In this document: piece after piece, positions 16,192 to 19,037 of the stretch
Position numbering within the stretch: the first letter of the stretch is position 1
Layout of the letters: each line of letters starts with the position of its first letter
Assembly: GCA_044356295.1 (NCBI GenBank)
Contig: JBIKWN010000051.1
Span: 1-19,037 of the forward strand
Direction of reading: 5' to 3'
Length of the DNA: 19,037 nucleotides
From: Bdellovibrionota bacterium
Lineage (GTDB): Bacteria; Bdellovibrionota_C; UBA2361; JBIKWN01
Notes under the pieces: model-generated
Told to the model about the DNA's origin: nothing
What the model saw: only the letters and a program-made list of their open reading frames with translations
The model's database searches: none
Translations under genes and position numbers: made by a program

Positions 16192-16803
16192 CCCTTTATC
16201 GGAATTGTTTTAAGAACCTTTCCATTTGGCGAATCAGACCTCATTCTTCGCGTTTTAAGTGCCAAAACTGGTAAACGTTCTGTCTTAGCCAGAGGTGTTC
16301 GGAAGGAAAAGGCAAAATTCTCTGTTGCGTTTGATATATTTGATGCTGGTGAATTCACAACAAAGAAAGGTAAGGGCTCCTTAGAGGTTCTCGTTCACTT
16401 TACCCCTCATAAATCTCTTTCCCTACTTCGAAGCGATCTCGACCGATTTGTCACCAGCAGCTGTATTGTCGAAGCCTTTGACAATTTGACCCATGAAAAT
16501 GATGAAGACGAAGCTCTGGAAATTTATGAAACGCTCGGGCTTTCCCTTCGAGCAATAGAAGAAGCAAAAGATGTTAAGGAAATGCTCCGTTCTGTGTACT
16601 TGGCAATTTCGACTTTACTTCGAAGTGTTGGTTTTGCGGCAATAGATGAATCAAAGACGCCGTCTTTAAAAAATTTAGAACTTTTACTTGATGCAACAGA
16701 GCATCACAGTGAAAAGGAACTAAAAAGCAAAACTGCTATCAAAGAAGTTTTGCAAAATGTTAGAGAGAAAGCCAAAAAAGAAGTTCAAGCAACAAGTTCA
16801 TGA
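16177..16803 (+). CDS. recO: DNA repair protein RecO (short, no zinc finger)
   Basis: N-terminal OB-fold motif GIVLRTFPFGESDLILRVLS...GKRSVLARGVRK.K.KF followed by a helical region. TTG start with purine-rich upstream sequence. Confidence 0.85.
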   Translation: MEEFQPFIGIVLRTFPFGESDLILRVLSAKTGKRSVLARGVRKEKAKFSVAFDIFDAGEFTTKKGKGSLEVLVHFTPHKSLSLLRSDLDRFVTSSCIVEAFDNLTHENDEDEALEIYETLGLSLRAIEEAKDVKEMLRSVYLAISTLLRSVGFAAIDESKTPSLKNLELLLDATEHHSEKELKSKTAIKEVLQNVREKAKKEVQATSS

Positions 16804-17621
16804 GCTTTATCAGGGTCGAGCTCTTTTGTCGCTGCTTCAATAATTGAACGCTTTGAATATTCATTTTGAAACGGGGAGCCAATTTGGTTTGCTATCTTTT
16901 TTACCAGATCGGAAACGGTTACTTCCTGTTCAACTTTTGGATCATCTGCACGTATCGCAGATGCTTCTTCAATAGCTGCTGAAACTTTTGTTTGTGCAGA
17001 ATCAAAAGCACTTTGTAATTGATCTGTACTAACTAATGCATTGGTTAATGCAATGACAGCCGTAGCTGCCGTGGTTTGATTTGTAATAGTTACTGAAGAG
17101 GTGAGCTGTAAACTTGCAACATTTGGAATGTTTACCACAAAGCCACTTTGTCCATCCTCACTCGGCCCTGAGAGTGAGGTTAATTCGGAAAAAATATTTT
17201 TGCCATTATATTTAGCGTTCGATTGAATTCGTGAAATTTCAGTATCAATCGTAGAATTTTGTGTTTGAAGAGCTGTGGTTTTCGAATTGAGTACACTGTT
17301 TTTTGCAGTCGTTGCATTATCTAATTGTTGCTGCTGTAAGTCTGCTATTTCTGAGATCGCAGAGCTCCCAATGGACACTACTGATTGTGCAGCTCCTAAA
17401 AGAATAGACAGTCCCGCTGATGATTGCGAATTGTCATCTACTGCTTTAGCTAATCTTACCTGACTTGCATCATCTTTTTTTGAAGCATCATCTTTCAGTG
17501 AATCTGCAATCGCCTTCGAGCCATCTGCAAAACGTGACCGCAGGTCGACCTTACTTGGTTCATTTTTTTGAACAAGCAGGCCTGACGCATAAATCCCATA
17601 TTTGTCAGTAATAAAGCTCAT
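16785..17621 (-). CDS. Divergent flagellin-like protein (D1 helices recognisable, D0 termini non-canonical)
   Basis: AISEIADLQQQQLDNATTAKN...ALQTQ...IDTEISRIQSNAKYNGKNIF parallels the flagellin N-helix pattern (..EIDRIA..T.FNG..LL). TAATAVIALTNALVSTDQLQSAFDSAQTKV parallels the C-helix (A..AI..ID.A...V...RA.LGA.QNRL). Confidence 0.65.
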   Translation of the reverse strand: MSFITDKYGIYASGLLVQKNEPSKVDLRSRFADGSKAIADSLKDDASKKDDASQVRLAKAVDDNSQSSAGLSILLGAAQSVVSIGSSAISEIADLQQQQLDNATTAKNSVLNSKTTALQTQNSTIDTEISRIQSNAKYNGKNIFSELTSLSGPSEDGQSGFVVNIPNVASLQLTSSVTITNQTTAATAVIALTNALVSTDQLQSAFDSAQTKVSAAIEEASAIRADDPKVEQEVTVSDLVKKIANQIGSPFQNEYSKRSIIEAATKELDPDKAHELVA

Positions 17622-17674
17622 GCGGTAATGTTCGGGTGTATTAATAAAGACAGTAAGCTTTTGAGGATTTTTTT

Positions 17675-18412
17675 ATGCAAAATTATATAGTTTTTGGTGC
17701 TGCTGGTGGCATTGGAAGAGTTCTCTGCGAAAAACTCTTAGAGAAATCTGCAGATTCTGTTTCTATTCTGGCTGTTGGTCGAAGTCTTGAAAGACTCGCT
17801 GTTCTGAATCATCCATCGATTCGCTTGCAAGAATCTGACTATAGTGTTGAAGCTGTTGAATCGCTCATTGAAAATTTCAGATCCGAACATGGATCGATTA
17901 CTGGTGTTGTTAACTGTGTTGGGTCAGTACTATTAAAACCAATTCATTTAACTTCCCAAACTGAGTTTGATGGTGTCATGCAAACGAATGTTGGGACTTC
18001 TTTTTCTATTCTTCGTGGTGCAGTGAAAGCTATGCAATCAACCGGAGGAAGTATTGTGCTCTGTGCATCTGCTGCATCGCAGATTGGTCTTGCAAATCAC
18101 GAAGCGATTGCCGCAGCAAAAGGTGCAATTATTTCAATGGCTCGATCTGCTGCTGCAACATATGCATCAAAAAAAATTCGGATTAATGTTGTTGCTCCTG
18201 GACTTACGAAAACTCCTATGACATCAAGAATTACTGCAAGCGAAGCTGGTGTGAAAGCTTCTCTGTCGATGCATCCTCTTGGGCGGCTGGGGGAACCAAA
18301 TGATATTGCTCAAGCAATTAGTTTTTTAGTGGATCCATCGAATGACTGGATTACTGGACAAGTGCTAGGGGTCGATGGTGGACTTGGAATGCTGAAGGTA
18401 AAAACTGACTAA
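17675..18412 (+). CDS. SDR-family NAD(P)-dependent oxidoreductase with atypical active site
   Basis: FGAAGGIG Rossmann motif, VNCVG, HEAIAAAKG in place of YxxxK, IRINVVAPGLTKTPM, WITGQVLGVDGG. SD GAGGA upstream. Confidence 0.92.
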   Translation: MQNYIVFGAAGGIGRVLCEKLLEKSADSVSILAVGRSLERLAVLNHPSIRLQESDYSVEAVESLIENFRSEHGSITGVVNCVGSVLLKPIHLTSQTEFDGVMQTNVGTSFSILRGAVKAMQSTGGSIVLCASAASQIGLANHEAIAAAKGAIISMARSAAATYASKKIRINVVAPGLTKTPMTSRITASEAGVKASLSMHPLGRLGEPNDIAQAISFLVDPSNDWITGQVLGVDGGLGMLKVKTD

Positions 18413-18422
18413 GTATTTCTTT

Positions 18423-18863
18423 ATGGAATTTCTTGCTGCAACGAATGTAACATTTACTATCAGTCTTGTTTGCTGTTTATACATGACGGGGCTGATCTGG
18501 TTTGTTCAAATTGTTCACTATCCTTTATTTGCTAAAATTCCACCCGAGGTTCTCACTTCTACCTATGCACCATCGCATGCTTCAAGAACATCCTTCGTAG
18601 TTATTGTTCCAATGATTGCTGAGCTTGTTACCGCAATAGTTCTATTTCTAAATCCAATTGCTCAGATGAATTCTCTACAAACTATTTGTAGTTTGCTCCT
18701 AGTTATTATCATTTTTCTATCGACGTTTCTTTTACAAGTGCCCGACCATGAAGAGATTCAAAAGCATGGCTTGCAAAAAAACATTTCTCATCTCGTGACA
18801 TGGAATTGGATTCGAACGATTGCATGGAGCACACGTTCTGTCATTTTAATCTCCGCGCTGTAG
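18423..18863 (+). CDS. Conserved hypothetical 4-TM membrane protein (DUF1772-like)
   Basis: GLIWFVQIVHYPLF, H..RT...V.P.M..E, STFLLQVP.H and LV..NWIRTIAW. Starts 10 bp after the SDR stop, so probably co-transcribed. Confidence 0.75.
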   Translation: MEFLAATNVTFTISLVCCLYMTGLIWFVQIVHYPLFAKIPPEVLTSTYAPSHASRTSFVVIVPMIAELVTAIVLFLNPIAQMNSLQTICSLLLVIIIFLSTFLLQVPDHEEIQKHGLQKNISHLVTWNWIRTIAWSTRSVILISAL

Positions 18864-18903
18864 GGACTGTAGGCAATGTCATTAAGTTAAGGCATTTCTA
18901 CCC

Positions 18904-18943
18904 CGTGACCATGACCGTAGGCGTGAGCGTAGCGGAGCGCTCA
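18904..18943. repeat. GC-rich degenerate hexamer run with embedded hairpin
   Basis: CGTGAC-CATGAC-CGTAGG-CGTGAG-CGTAGC in register, with stem TGAGCG (18924-18929)/CGCTCA (18938-18943). Confidence 0.45.
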
Positions 18944-19037
18944 AACCGTTTACAGATCTCTGCCAATACATGGTTTACACTTTTGAGCATATTATAAGCC
19001 TTCTATTTTGTCCTTACGCAAGATTTTTGGGGGAGTA

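Noticed and set aside
17622..17674. Sigma28 promoter for the flagellin-like gene (CCCGAACA on the minus strand)
   Set aside because: Partial -10 match only, with no TAAA at 15-bp spacing.
18800..19037. 65-aa plus-strand ORF (18800..18997), a 30-codon minus-strand ORF, and a possible 3' end of a minus-strand gene entering from the right edge
   Set aside because: Too short or overlapping, with no motifs; cannot be supported without flanking sequence.
1..19037. CRISPR array, tRNA/rRNA, transposase, integrase, prophage or defence genes
   Set aside because: No spaced 25-45 bp repeats, cloverleaf or rRNA signatures, or corresponding protein motifs seen; intergenic space is minimal.

Overview
AT-rich (roughly 35-40% GC by eye), densely coding bacterial chromosomal window made mostly of core and envelope genes. 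From left to right: the 5' part of an AcvB/VirJ-family gene that the ORF track misses, mprF, a RegA/RegB-like two-component pair, a divergent stand-alone LPG-synthase-TM (flippase-like) gene, an orphan 227-aa ORF, a 70-aa lipoprotein, lon, an LpoA/LppC-like lipoprotein, an inverted membrane-protein gene, dnaJ-dnaK-grpE (no hrcA or CIRCE seen), a short recO, an isolated and highly divergent flagellin-like gene, an SDR lacking its catalytic Tyr, and a small membrane protein. I saw no tRNA, rRNA, CRISPR array or transposase. The gene set suggests a Gram-negative, deltaproteobacteria-like or Bdellovibrionota-like organism, but this is inference only. The most promising leads are (1) a membrane-lipid remodelling module (mprF, acvB, second flippase) around a RegB-like kinase with a His-rich loop and a degenerate H-box, preceded by a sigma28-like promoter, and (2) the orphan flagellin-like protein lacking canonical D0 ends. 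I cannot claim a proven new system from sequence alone.
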